In this document: in pieces, positions 34,291 to 45,663 of the stretch
Layout: every line of letters starts with the position of its first letter
How positions within the stretch are numbered: the first letter of the stretch is position 1
Source: Selaginella moellendorffii
Taxonomy: Eukaryota > Plantae > Lycopodiophyta
NCBI RefSeq assembly: GCF_000143415.4
Contig: NW_003314320.1
Location: 556,586-620,585, forward strand
Length of the DNA stretch: 64,000 bases
Reading direction: 5' to 3'
Notes under the pieces: generated by a model
Told to the model about the DNA's origin: nothing
The model's input: only the letters and a program-made list of their open reading frames with translations
The model's database searches: none
Made by a program: the position numbers and the translations under genes

Positions 34291-36240
34291 AAAAATATAA
34301 CCATTCTAAATTTTATTTAATTTTTCATAAAATAATTCTAATGTAAAAAAAATTTCACTTTTATTTTCTTACTTTTAATTTTTATTGATATTTTTTATCA
34401 ACAAAATTTAGTTTTTATTAATGTTTTTTACCAGCTAGTTAGCTTATAATATTTATGTTGTTCCATATAATTTTGATAAATTCCTTTAATGCATTGTCAC
34501 CAATTAATTAATTTATTTGCAATAGTGACCATACTATTTTCTTTAGTCATAATAAATTCTCTAAATTTTTTCCCATAAGAGTTAGATATTTATTGAGACA
34601 TAACCTTTTGATTGATGAGAATATTATTATGTGCAAGAAGGGAAAATTTATGGTTTGAATTTGTCTTCCTCTAAGTTATACTATAGATTCGGGTACTCCA
34701 AAATTATTTTAAAAAATTACAATAATAATATTGATATTTGTTCTCCTTAAAGTAGTTAAATTTTATTTTAGTTGTTAAGAATCCATCAAGTGTTTGCAAG
34801 GAATTTCAAATTGGCATTGCAATACCGGGGAATCTTGAGATGGAAGAACTAATCATATCCACTTCTTGACTGTTCTTCCTGTTGGGACCAGCAAAGTAGA
34901 ATGTAAGGAGAACCTACCCTTCTCTTACATTTGTCTTCAGTATAGAAAACAATAGTGAGGCATCGGTATCACAATGAGACTAGACTTTGCTCTTGCCATG
35001 TCGTTCTCATTGTCTTTATACGTTAGAGATCCATATCTTTTGGATACTCCACAGCTCGTACAGGCAAGTTTACATACTTCTTGTTTAGTAAATCCTTTTG
35101 ATCTTTACTCTTTGCATGACAACGCAACAGGGCATGTGTCCCGACTTATTGAAGCTCAGCTCCACTAACTCAAAAGAGAAAAGAAAAGCGCACGTCAAAC
35201 ACCACGCATTGGTTGCACAGGGTTTTTTTTGTTTTTTTTTTGCTCTTGAAATATCAGCCTAGAAATGATCAACGCCAATGTTGGTTCCAGGTCCTTTCCA
35301 ATACCTACAGTAGTTCTGTTCTTTAGTGTAGATCAATATTTTTCTCAGAGGTTGACAGAACCAAAATGAGAGTAAACAAAACCAGAGCCTGATAAGTCAC
35401 GGCACGGCGAGCCTAGTCTTTGGCCTCGATTGACAAGAGCTTTGTTCTTCGATTCTTTCCTTGTTAAGCCGTACGAAAAAAGTCTGAAAATCTAGAAGAA
35501 TGTCTAAACAAACATGTATCCCATTGAAGCGGCCTTCTCTCGCATCGCATCGCAAGAGATCATAGACCCCACTCTCTAGCAGCACCAGCTGACAAAAAAG
35601 AGACTTCTTCGCAGCACGGACCCTTCCATTCTTTAAACTTTCCTTCTCCTTCTTCCACCGAGTTATAAGTAGGTTGTGTCGTCTTCTTCCATCCATCTAC
35701 ACGCGCAAACAAGTAACAGAACTCGCTTTAGTGACGAAAGAAGCGGACTTAACACAAGCCATAACTCCATCTCTTTTCTTTTTTTTCTTCCAGAGAAGAA
35801 CTCGTCACCGGTCACCACTGTAGACCGCGTCAAGCTTACGATCCGGCGAAAGAAATCGTCTCATGCTTCATCGTCCTCTCTCCAAATTGTCTCGTCAAAC
35901 TCGCGCTTAACTCCATCGCTAGCTTTCAGTCAAGCTCCCCTCCCAGTTTCGCCCCCCTTTTTCTTTTCTTTTTGGTGCTCGATCGAGAAAGTTTCGCTCT
36001 CTCTCTCTCTCGCTCTCACCAACCAAGCTTTGAAAGTGGCCCATGACTACCCCACTTTCGCTCTGGCCCGTCAGCTTCCCTGTTCCTTCTGGACTCGTGC
36101 TTTATTTATTAACCCAGCGCCCGCGAGTGCTTTGCCCCCTCTTAAAGCAACACTTTCCTCTTCCTCCCCCCTCCATCTCCTCTGCTTCTCGGATCCAGGA
36201 GATCAATCGGCTCAGATCCCTGCTTTCTTGTCTCCAAGAG

Positions 36241-36864
36241 ATGGCTGCGACTGCTCAGGGAAGTGGCAGTGCAGCATTACTCCTCACTGTCCTCGCGGCT
36301 CTTTACTGCTCGGTCCTGTCTGCTACCATTCGCATCGACTGGCGCCAAGGAGTCGACTACTCAAGCTGGTCGACAACGAACACCGTCCGCACCGGAGACA
36401 CTGTCAGTAAGTTCCTCCTCCTCCTCCTCTTGGATCTCTAAAAAACGGATCTTTCTCACCCCTCTCGCTAAAAAAATGAACCTTTGGCAGCTTTCAGCTG
36501 GGTCGGAAGCCACACCGCCGACGTAGTCTCGGAGGCCGACTGGAGGAGCTGCACGCCGAACTCTCTCCAATCCGTCGCAAACGGTGGAGGACTCACGGTC
36601 GGCACTGGAACCACTTACGTGATCTGCACAGTCGCTGGTCACTGTGCTGGAGGCATGAAGGTGGCCATCACTGCGGCGTCGACCCCTTCGACTCCCACTA
36701 CACCTGCGCCTCCCACTACGCCGACTACTCCGACTACTCCGACGACTCCGACGACTCCGACGACTCCTACCACGCCTACAACTCCCACCAACGAGCCTTC
36801 TGCTGCATCTGGACTACAAGTCGGCACCGCTCTCGTCGTCGCCTCGGTAGCGTTGCTCTTGTAA
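36241..36864 (+). CDS. Phytocyanin (blue copper protein) with Pro/Thr-rich AGP-like linker and GPI-signal-like C terminus
   Basis: Exons 36241-36406 and 36491-36864; signal peptide, DYSSW....VRTGDT, copper ligands SH..., ICTVAGHCAGGMK, (PTT)n repeat and hydrophobic tail. Confidence 0.93.
36254..36274 (+). promoter_or_regulatory. miR408-complementary site in the phytocyanin signal-peptide coding region
   Basis: CTCAGGGAAGTGGCAGTGCAG versus the perfect complement GCCAGGGAAGAGGCAGTGCAT; same location as known plantacyanin miR408 sites (AQGRGSA-type N terminus). Confidence 0.8.
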
Positions 36865-37192
36865 GAGTCGTCCACTCTCGTCCATGTTTGTTTGTTTGTT
36901 CGTCGGAGTAGCAATTCTTCTTTCGGAAGATCCACCTGTTGTTTGCGATTCTTCTTGAATAGCAGAGAGATCTGGGATTTCTTTCCGCTTGAAGCTTACG
37001 GAGTCAACTTGTTGATCCTGTTTCCACCACTCGGTTTTACTGTTCTTCCATCCTGTTTTTTACCCCCTGGTTTTATCCTGCTAATAGGCCACGAAGAAAA
37101 CGTTGATTTTTGCAGCAAGGAAGAAAACAAAGTATCATCCCGTTACTTAACCAGCACTACTCACTTATACTCACGATCAGGTTGAACCGTTT

Positions 37193-38316
37193 CTAGTAGC
37201 TCGAAGTCTGCATGGCAAGATCCTTTCTTTTCTCTCCCGGCTCGCACCATCTCGTTTCCGTCAGCCGATGAGGTAGCAGCTTCGTTCTGTAGATGTACTG
37301 CCCTCGCTTTTGTTTCTCGCGTAACTTTTCCAGTAAGATCTCTTCCTTGGGAGTCATCTCTCGGAGAAGCACCGTCAATCTACACCGTTTCTTCTCCCGG
37401 ATGCCAAATCTACCCCTCGCGTGTGGCCATATACGTTTCAAATACTTCCCTTTGCCGACGAAGGCCTCGTCTAATGACAACAAACAAAATATTCGGTGAG
37501 CGGCTGTTAGACGCAAGGTGTGATGGCCTACCGACTATGAGCTTTTCAGCGTCGAAGCCATAGTTATGGACCGCATTGGCGCGAGCAGAATGCAAAACCT
37601 GGACAACGAATCCGATGAGTATCGAAAGAACAGGATTCGTTAAGAGAAAAAGCAAGCAATTTCACCTTGTAAACGGTACTGGCAGCACGCTTGATTAGAA
37701 CGCTCATTTGTATAAGAGCGTCATTCACTCGCATGCCTCGGACAACCTTTGCTACGAGGTTCATCTTCTTGGGGCTCTAAAAAAACGCAAGAAAAGAAAA
37801 AAAGTGAGAGAGTTCATGCTATAAGCCAAAGAACAAGACAATGAAACGAACCTGAGGTATTTCTCTAAGCATTGCTCTCACAGTCTTTGGCTTTGGCTTT
37901 GGGGGCTTTGGAGTGGCAGTCACTTCGAAGCTAGCACCAGCCGCTTCCGGGGAAGTTGGAGTCTCCGCTAGAGGAGATTTTACTGGAACATCGTCCTCTC
38001 GGAAAACCCGGCTCATCGATATATTCTACATTCCAATCATCGATCGATCATAAAAACCAAGATAGAAAAAAAAACATAAAATCGGTGAGAAACAATGGAT
38101 ACCTGTGCCTGGCTATGCTGGAATGGCCTCCGGAAAATGCTAGGCCCTGGGAGAAAAATTTCCCAGTAAACAACGCCCAGCGGAAAATCCAAGCGTACCT
38201 TCTCCATCCCGTAGAAACGCCGACACCTTCCAGCAGTGTCGCGCATTGGCAGCGCCAGCGATCAAAGACCTATTCTGGAGCTGCCTCGTCGTTCGCAACG
38301 CGATCCTGCCAATCAT
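37193..38316 (-). CDS. RPL22: Organellar (probably mitochondrial) ribosomal protein uL22, multi-exon
   Basis: QSPKKMNLVAKVVRGMRVNDALIQM, VLHSARANAVHNYG, EAFVGKGKYLKRIWPHARGRFGIREKKRCRLTV; Arg-rich presequence-like N terminus; telo-box at ~38353. Confidence 0.9.
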
Positions 38317-38614
38317 CGCCGCCCCGGGATGGAATGGACCGTGCTCCAGCATAAACCCTAAGTTCTTCCGTGCAAGAGAGCGTCCGTACGTTGGGTCATT
38401 AAAAATGGAAATGGATCTTTCCTTTTATCTTTGGCTTTGTCGAGACGCGGGAATGCGCGACAAGTTTTAGGGCACGGCGCCTTCGAATTAAATCACAAGG
38501 ACGACCATGGCCGCGCTTCGCTGCTTCTCCAGGAATTCTCTTGACGGGGTCAATGATCGGGGCCAGCTCGAGCAGTAATCCATCATCCATCCCGGGCAAG
38601 GGAGAAATTTCGAG

Positions 38615-40181
38615 ATGTCCTCTCCTCCTCCCTCGATTTCTCGCGCCAGCAGCTCTGGCGGCCCCTCGATCCCCGTGATTGTGGGACTCTCCCTCGCTGC
38701 CGCGGCCGGCCTCCTGTTCTTGATCACTGTAGTCGCCTGTGTGCTGTCGAGGAGGAAGGGCAAGGCCAAATCGCGGAGTGTTTCGGAGCTCCGCGAGCCA
38801 GCAGCACCCATTCGCATGAATGGGCTCGATTCTAGCACCATTCTCTCCGATCAATTCAGCACCAATCACGACCACCACGCGGTGGAGATCTGGCATCCCA
38901 AACCAGCAAGCGTCTTCCATCCCGGCATTACAAAGTTTTCTTACAAGTGAGTTCCTCCCGCGCGAGCTAGCCTAGCGAATTTCTCCTGGAATTTGCCGCA
39001 AGCTTTCATTGACTCTCTTTTCTTGCTTTAAATTTTTGCACAGGGAGATCCAAAGGGCTACCAAAAACTTTACAACTCTAGTGGGAAGTGGGGCATTTGG
39101 TCCTGTGTACAAGGCAACGCCATCTCCATCTTCTCCAACTCGTTTAGCTGTGAAGGTTCTTTCTTCCACTTCCAAGCAAGGAGAGAGAGAGTTTCAAACC
39201 GAGGTAAGAAAAACCTTCGTCCTTTCGTTTGTAATCTTTGTATCTGTCAGGTGAGCTTGCTAGGACGATTGCATCACAAAAACCTCGTAAACTTAGTCGG
39301 CTACTGTACCGATCGTCGAGAACGTATGCTCGTCTATGAGTATATGAGCAACGGGAGTTTGGAAAAACTACTGTACAGTAGGTGTCTCTTTTGTAATTTT
39401 CTCAGCGTGATCAATTGTATTATCAGATGACAAGAGGGAAGCTTTGAGCTGGTCTGAGCGAGTGCAAATCGCCAAGGACGTTTCTCGGGGCATTGAGTAT
39501 CTGCACGACGGGGTAACTACAATTGAAGTTCTCGATTCAAAAATCTCATGAAGTTGTTTTCTATAGGCAGTTCCACCAGTGATCCATAGAGATATCAAGT
39601 CCGCTAACATTCTTCTAGACAATTCAATGACAGCCCGGGTATGTCGAGTTCTTTTCTTTCCTTTCTTTCCACTTTTGTTGTTGATAGACTCTCCAAAAAT
39701 TCTTTCAGGTAGCAGATTTTGGACTTTCCAAGGAAGTGAGTCCAGTAGTCCCAACCTCGGGAATCAAAGGCACATTTGGCTACACCGATCCCGAGTACAT
39801 CTTCACCAAAGTTTTCAACGAGAAGAGCGATGTCTACAGCTTTGGAGTTCTTCTGTTCGAGCTCATGTCAGGCAGGCATCCACAGCACGGCCTCATGGAC
39901 TACGTCCAAATGGTAACTCCCATTGTCCTTGTTGTTTTGATTCATCGCAGATTTACTCTCTCTCGCAGGCCTCCCTGGGTGTGGACGAAGAAAACTCCGA
40001 CTGGATCGAGCTGCTGGACTCCCGACTAAACGGGAATTGCAACCTCCAAGAGCTGGCGAAACTGGCCTCCATCGCCCATCGCTGCGTGAGGAAAGATCCA
40101 GAGACGCGGCCGCCGATGCGTGAGATTGTACAATGGTTGTCGCGGTTTGGAATGAAGCACAGCATTTCGATGGTGATCTAG
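38615..40181 (+). CDS. CRLK1: Receptor-like kinase, CRLK1 (Ca2+/calmodulin-regulated RLK)-like, multi-exon
   Basis: N-terminal [48 protein letters not shown]...[46 protein letters not shown]. Confidence 0.9.
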
Positions 40182-40289
40182 TTGCCTCAAATGCTTTTTT
40201 CTCGATCTTGACGTTGGCAAACTTCTCGAAATTTTGTACCTCGGCGCCAATGTTTAAACGCGTGAGAATATGCTTCGAATCTAGGGCTC

Positions 40290-40453
40290 ATGGCGCCGAA
40301 GAAGGACACGCCGGCGCAGCGCGACGAGTGCGTCAACTACGCAATGGAGGCGCTGTGGGGGAATTTCGATCAGTATCTCAAGGACAAGGTCTACTTCCCT
40401 CGCATAATCTCTCACGCCGTGGCGAGAACCATGGCCGGGGTAAGCAATCTCTC

Positions 40454-40486
<33 letters not shown>

Positions 40487-41230
40487 CCCTTTGATCCAGC
40501 TCCAATGTCACGGATTTCTCCCCTGGCCCTGGGATTTCCAGATGGTTCATATGGTGAGCGTGGGATTGGTGCCGCGGATGGAGAGCTGGGACGATCCAAT
40601 CGTCCAAGGTAGGGTACCAGAGGAGTGGATCGTTCCCCAGGAGCCAGTGTTGCCGCCGCTCGATACCTGGGCTCGATGCGTTCTCCCCGTCAAGCAGCGG
40701 CCAGAGGAGGTGTCGCCACCGCCAGCGCCGCCGATCCAAGAGGAGCAGCCACCGCTGGAGCAGCCGCCCAGCCCAGCGAAGCCGGCGGCGATCAAGGCGG
40801 TGGAATCCAAGCCGGACAAGCCCAGGAGAGCGACGATCACTGTCGCGCCGGGGCAACCGCTCGTCCCGCAGGGGGGATCGCCTAAGCTCTACGATCGAAA
40901 GGGGTCGCCGGTGAGGAGATTTAGCGAAGGGACCGTGCTGCCACCAGAGATGATCCAGAAGATCTCTCCGCCGCGGCCGCCAGAGGACACTGCGTCGATC
41001 GACTCGTCGTCCGGGGGGGCGAGGAGCTCCATGGCCAGGGGCTCCGTGAGGAAGAGCGAGCAAAGAAAATCTCTCGTCCCTCCGTCTCAGCGATCCAACA
41101 AGCTCGCTGGAGGTACGCAATTCCTCGCTTCTTGACGAGAATTTTTCTGTCTTCCATTTTCTTTCTTCCAGATGCGGCGCCCAAAGCCGGAGGCTCCTCC
41201 AGGACCACTCGCAGAGCTTCCATAAAATAA
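40290..41230 (+). CDS. Hypothetical protein with EP.LPP.DTWAR..LPV motif and Pro/Ser/basic tail (possible C2orf81/DUF4639-like)
   Basis: GC3-rich ORF with a probable in-frame (CT)n intron from 40440 and a terminal intron from ~41113 to 41171, ending ..RRASIK*. Confidence 0.7.
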
Positions 41231-41290
41231 GTTCTTCCCAGATCCAAAGCTCGCACAGATTTCTCGTCTACGCAAAGTCAAAGTTTCAAA

Positions 41291-41460
41291 ATGACAAACC
41301 TATTTGACATGCTGGCCAGGCATTGACAAAGCGGTCAACGCTCTTCCAAACTATCGACAGGCATTGACAAAATGGTCAACGCTCTACTATAAACGATTTG
41401 ACCTCCCAAGTTAATTGACCTATTGACCATCGTTGACAAAGTGTTCAACGTTCTTCCAAA
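41291..41460. promoter_or_regulatory. Dense TTGAC (W-box-like) cluster built from a triplicated TTGAC-N6-GTCAA unit
   Basis: Nine TTGAC cores on both strands in ~140 bp, five of them TTGACC. Confidence 0.55.
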
Positions 41461-41994
41461 GCTTCTGGAAGAGATTATATACATGCTTAACAGCCAAACT
41501 AATCGCGCTTTAAGCCGCCATAGCGGGAATGAATGCGTGCGCCCGCGTCGGTGCCACGAAATGACCCGTGATTTGGATTCATCACTGCGCTGCAAATGCA
41601 ACTACAAAGCTGTAGAAAGTACGGTCTATTCTATACGACTGCGTAGAAATGGTAATGCAGTTATACGGCTGGATTAGACCAAGAGAGCTTTAAGCTGGCC
41701 GAGGGGCGTGCTATGCCATGCACGGCATCACACGCAAAAACGACGATGAGGAGTACTGTCACAAGATGCTGTCGTATGTACGGGAATATCCTCCTCCCCA
41801 CACTTTAAACGGATGTAGCTTGCGAGAATAGCCACTTTTGGTCGCATTGAAAATCTTCTCGCTCGCTCCCAGCTTTGCTTTCGTTTGGCCTGTCGGATTT
41901 CTCCCTTCCGCTCTTCTTTTTTGCACTTGTCTAGGTCGATTCGATTCGATCGGTCGGTCGGTCGGCTTTCGAGCAAGAGCCTGCGCGCTTGGAT

Positions 41995-42571
41995 ATGTTG
42001 CTGGCCTCTCGTCGAAATCGCTGCATCGTTCTCTTGTGGGTCGTGTTGGTGTCGATGATCGTGTCTGGATCAAGAGCTCATCGCTATCGGTGGCTGCTGA
42101 GCATGGAAGAACTGGGCGATGATCACGGTTAAGTGTTCTATCTCCGCAACATAGAAAATCATCTCGCTAATCCACGCTCTGTCTCAATCCAGGCTCAAGC
42201 GCTAGTCCCTCCTTGGATGATCTCCTCGCGCAAACGAGCTATAGTCAGGTACGTACTCACATTCTCTTTCGGATTGAAGCTTTACTCACTGGGTTTCATT
42301 CTCATTCTCTCGGCCTTCTTCTCGATTCGATTTCTACTGTGGTCTCGATCGATCGATCGATCGGCCTCGTCGATTGGCAAAACAAAAGAGCAAGAGCACC
42401 GAGGCGGAGATCCTGAGCAGCCGACACCCGGGCTCGAGGCCGCCGCAATGCCAAAACGTTTGCGGCGGGAGCTGCCATGGACGCTGCATTGCCCGGCCGC
42501 GCTTCTTGCAAGGCGGGCGCGCGTTTGGCCAGCACGCTGTCTGGACATGCTCGTGCCAGGACCTCGGGTGA
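41995..42571 (+). CDS. EPIDERMAL PATTERNING FACTOR-like (EPFL) secreted Cys-rich peptide, 3 exons
   Basis: Exons 41995-42127, 42193-42248 and ~42389-42571 give MLLASRRNRCIVLLWVVLVSMIVSGSRA (signal) ... HPGSRPPQCQNVCGGSCHGRCIARPRFLQGGRAFGQHAVWTCSCQDLG*, with the GSRPP.C...C and W.C.C hallmarks. Confidence 0.85.
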
Positions 42572-42753
42572 TTAGCCCCTAATCATCTGTACTAGGCACA
42601 AATTAGGCGCATGATTAATCACTACTTGCGCATTTCAATCATGGGCTTCCTCGACAACACCAACGAAAAATCACTCATTTATACGGATAACTAATCATGC
42701 TTATTAGGCTTAATCATGAGTTAGCTGCTAACCCGCCTTCTTCCTCCTTGGGT

Positions 42754-43554
42754 CTAGGAGCACGAGGAATCGGCGCCATAGCCAGAGTTTGCGTGGCGGA
42801 AGAGCGCCGCCTGGTACGCCGCCGATCGTTGGCTGTGGAGCGAGGATTGGAAGGCGGTGCGTATGGCGGAGGGCGAGTACTGGAAGCCGGGGCGCGAGTA
42901 GGAGTTGAGGAGCGCGGCGGTGGCCTCGCGGAGGAGCGACGAGTAGGCATCGGTGGACTGGTTCTGGAGCGCGCCCAGGAGCGTCGTGGGGCCGCCGAAG
43001 ATCGTGTACGCGACCTGGCCGAGGACTTGGGTCACCGTGGTGTAGATCGTGAGGAGGTTGGGCCACGAGTTTGGATGCTGCGCCCAGTAGCTGCAATTCA
43101 ATCGGGAGTGACGCTTAGTTCTTGCAATTGTCAATCAATCGGAAGGATTGATTCGAGGAAGAAGGAAGAAGGCATCCTCTCTAGATCGAGGATTTGGGCA
43201 AGAAAGCTCTGTTTTGGGGGAACTATCCTCTGCTAACTGACAATGGGGATTTGACCTGGAGAGTGACAGATCTTGGGAAAGAACTAGAGCTTACTTGCTG
43301 GAGCATCCTCCGCCACCGCCCAGGCCACCAAATCCGCCGCTTCCACCACCTCCGCCGCCGCCTCCTAGTAAGCCACCCAGTCCGCCGCCAAGGCTGTTGG
43401 AGGAATCCACCGAGGTAGCGGTGGCATCGCCGCCGAGCTGCGCGCTCGCGCCGAATGGATCGGTGGCAAACTCCTGGCTGGATCCCGCATTGGCCGAGAA
43501 AAGGAGGACGAGCGTGATGCACAGAGCCCAAGGCGTCCTGGCGTTAGTCCCCAT
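42754..43554 (-). CDS. Protodermal factor 1 (PDF1)-like secreted protein, 2 exons
   Basis: Signal peptide, Gly-rich region, then C..YW..HP..WP..., LL.AL.N...D.Y..LLREATAALLNS and QA..F..AN. Confidence 0.88.
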
Positions 43555-43953
43555 AACTAAGAACTTGACGAAGGAAGAGAAAGGAGTGATGGATGGAAGT
43601 GAATGAATGTGATATTGGGTTTTATACTCTGGTGGATCGGTGAGAGTCGCCAGGCCTCCCGTGGCTGCGTGACCGATGTTTTACAGGCGAGACAGAGCCG
43701 AGGGGCGGTCACCAAATGCTCGACTTGCGAAAAGTGTTCTATTCTCTCTCAGATTATCGCATATAACCACATTCTCTCACGGATCATTGTTCATAACCAG
43801 GATCGAAAAGCTTAAGCTCCTTCCAGCATTGATTGAGCGACAACGATGGCATCCAAGGACGCCTGACGCCGCGCAAAAGCCTTCATATCAAACCGTTGGG
43901 GGATTTCCCTTTCCAGAGACATGGAGACCGTTAGGGGTTAGGGTTCGTGGGTG

Positions 43954-45663
43954 ATGGACAGGCGGGAATGCCTCCATCTAGTGCAGTCTTGTAGGAGCTT
44001 GAGCGCCGCCAGGGAGCTCCACTCTCGAATCGAGTCCTCCCCTCACATCGATCTCGACACTTTCCTCCTCAACAAGCTCGTCGAGATGTATGGCAAATGC
44101 GGCAGCGTCAAGCACGCCTCGCAAGTCTTTGATGCGATTCGTGAGAGGAACTCCTACTCGTGGGTTCTCATGCTCTGCGCCTGCACGAGAAATCGCCACC
44201 TCGAGGAAGCGCAGCAGATCTTCCGCGAGATGCCAGAGCCAAATCTCGTCTCCTACAATGCAATGGTCGCGGTGTATGCCCAAACCGGGCATCTTCATGA
44301 CAGCAAGAGAGTCTTTGACGACATGCCCGTCCACGATCTCATCTCCTTCAATGCCATCGCCGGGGCATATTCCCACACAGGGCATCTCCAAGATGCGAAG
44401 GAGATGTTTGACACGCTGCCTGAAAGGGATCTCGTGTCGTGGACAGGGATGCTAACGGCATATACCCGGTCAGGCCATCTCCAGGAGGCGAAGGGTATCT
44501 TTTGTGACATGCCACAGCGGGATATTGTTTCCTGGACGGCAATGCTAACGGCATATGCCCGGCTTGGCTATCTTGAGAGTGCTAAATCCATGTTTGATTC
44601 CATTCCACAGCGCGATTGCGTGTGCTGGTCGGCGATGATATCTGTATATGGACAAAAGGGACAAATCGATGGTGCTAAGCGCGTGTTTGAGGATATGCCA
44701 GAAAGAAACATGGTATCGTGGTCGTCAATGCTAGCGGCATATGCGCAGAATGGGCATCTTAACGATGCGAAGGTCTTGTTTGAGAGCATGCCGTACAGGG
44801 ATCTGATGACGTGGACTACAATGCTGACCGTGTTGACGGAGGAGGACCGCGTTGACGATGCCCGGGTTTTGTTCGACGAGATGCCACAACGGGACATTGT
44901 AACGTGGACGGCCATGCTCGCTGCGTATACCCGGAATGGGCATCTTGAAAATGCGAAGCATCTTTTTGACCGGATACCTCAGCTAAATCAGATATGCTGC
45001 AATGCGATGCTAGATGCGTATGCCCAGAACTCGCAGCTCAAGGAAGCTCTGGAGATGTTTCACAAAATCCACGAGAGGGATGTAGCTTGCTGGAGTGTGA
45101 TGATCTATGCCTATGCTCACAATGGGCAGTTGGATCTGGCAAGAAAAGTTCTAGAGACGATGCCAGAGCGAAACATAGCATCTTGGGGAGCTATGCTCAG
45201 TGGATACTCACTCACAGGTCATTTCTTGAGGGTCTTTGAAGTCCTGGATTTGTTCCGGTTGATTGAGTGCCCTGATTCTGTATGTTTTGTTGCCATCTTT
45301 GGAGCTTGTAATTACATTGGCAAGATGGAGGCTGGCCGGCAGTGGTTCCTCTCAATGATCATGGATTACAAAGTTGAGCCTACAAGACAGCACTACTGCT
45401 GTATGATTGATTTGCTGGGACGAGCAGGACACATTGACAGTGCTAAGGAACTCATCACACTGATGCCATTTGTGCCTGATGTTCTCGAGTGGACCTGTTT
45501 GCTTGGAGCTTGCAGAAGTTCGAGTAATCTCCAGCATGCTGAAAATGCCGCGAAATCTCTCTTTGTCATGAGCAACGATGGAGCTGGATATGCATATGTA
45601 TTGCTTGGAAACATCTATTCATTACCCAAAAAAACTCTGCATATGCAAAGGTTGAGCTGTTAA
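43954..45663 (+). CDS. PPR protein with long run of ~31-aa S-type repeats and E domain, no DYW
   Basis: Intronless ORF with repeated FD.MP.RD.VSW..ML.AY...GHL..AK; C-terminal HYCCMIDLLGRAG..MPFVPD...W..LLGAC...YVLLGNIY. Confidence 0.95.
   Translation: MDRRECLHLVQSCRSLSAARELHSRIESSPHIDLDTFLLNKLVEMYGKCGSVKHASQVFDAIRERNSYSWVLMLCACTRNRHLEEAQQIFREMPEPNLVSYNAMVAVYAQTGHLHDSKRVFDDMPVHDLISFNAIAGAYSHTGHLQDAKEMFDTLPERDLVSWTGMLTAYTRSGHLQEAKGIFCDMPQRDIVSWTAMLTAYARLGYLESAKSMFDSIPQRDCVCWSAMISVYGQKGQIDGAKRVFEDMPERNMVSWSSMLAAYAQNGHLNDAKVLFESMPYRDLMTWTTMLTVLTEEDRVDDARVLFDEMPQRDIVTWTAMLAAYTRNGHLENAKHLFDRIPQLNQICCNAMLDAYAQNSQLKEALEMFHKIHERDVACWSVMIYAYAHNGQLDLARKVLETMPERNIASWGAMLSGYSLTGHFLRVFEVLDLFRLIECPDSVCFVAIFGACNYIGKMEAGRQWFLSMIMDYKVEPTRQHYCCMIDLLGRAGHIDSAKELITLMPFVPDVLEWTCLLGACRSSSNLQHAENAAKSLFVMSNDGAGYAYVLLGNIYSLPKKTLHMQRLSC

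Larger units (their letters stand above)
21480..34800. other. AT-rich island of heavily decayed transposable-element remnants
   Basis: Mostly very AT-rich and CpG-depleted with no intact gene; contains a solo LTR, TRIMs, an integrase remnant and tandem duplications. Confidence 0.8.

Noticed and set aside
34900-34932. Hairpin AATGTAAGGAGAA-CCTACCC-TTCTCTTACATT
   Set aside because: A short isolated stem with no miRNA-length arm or Helitron CTRR end.
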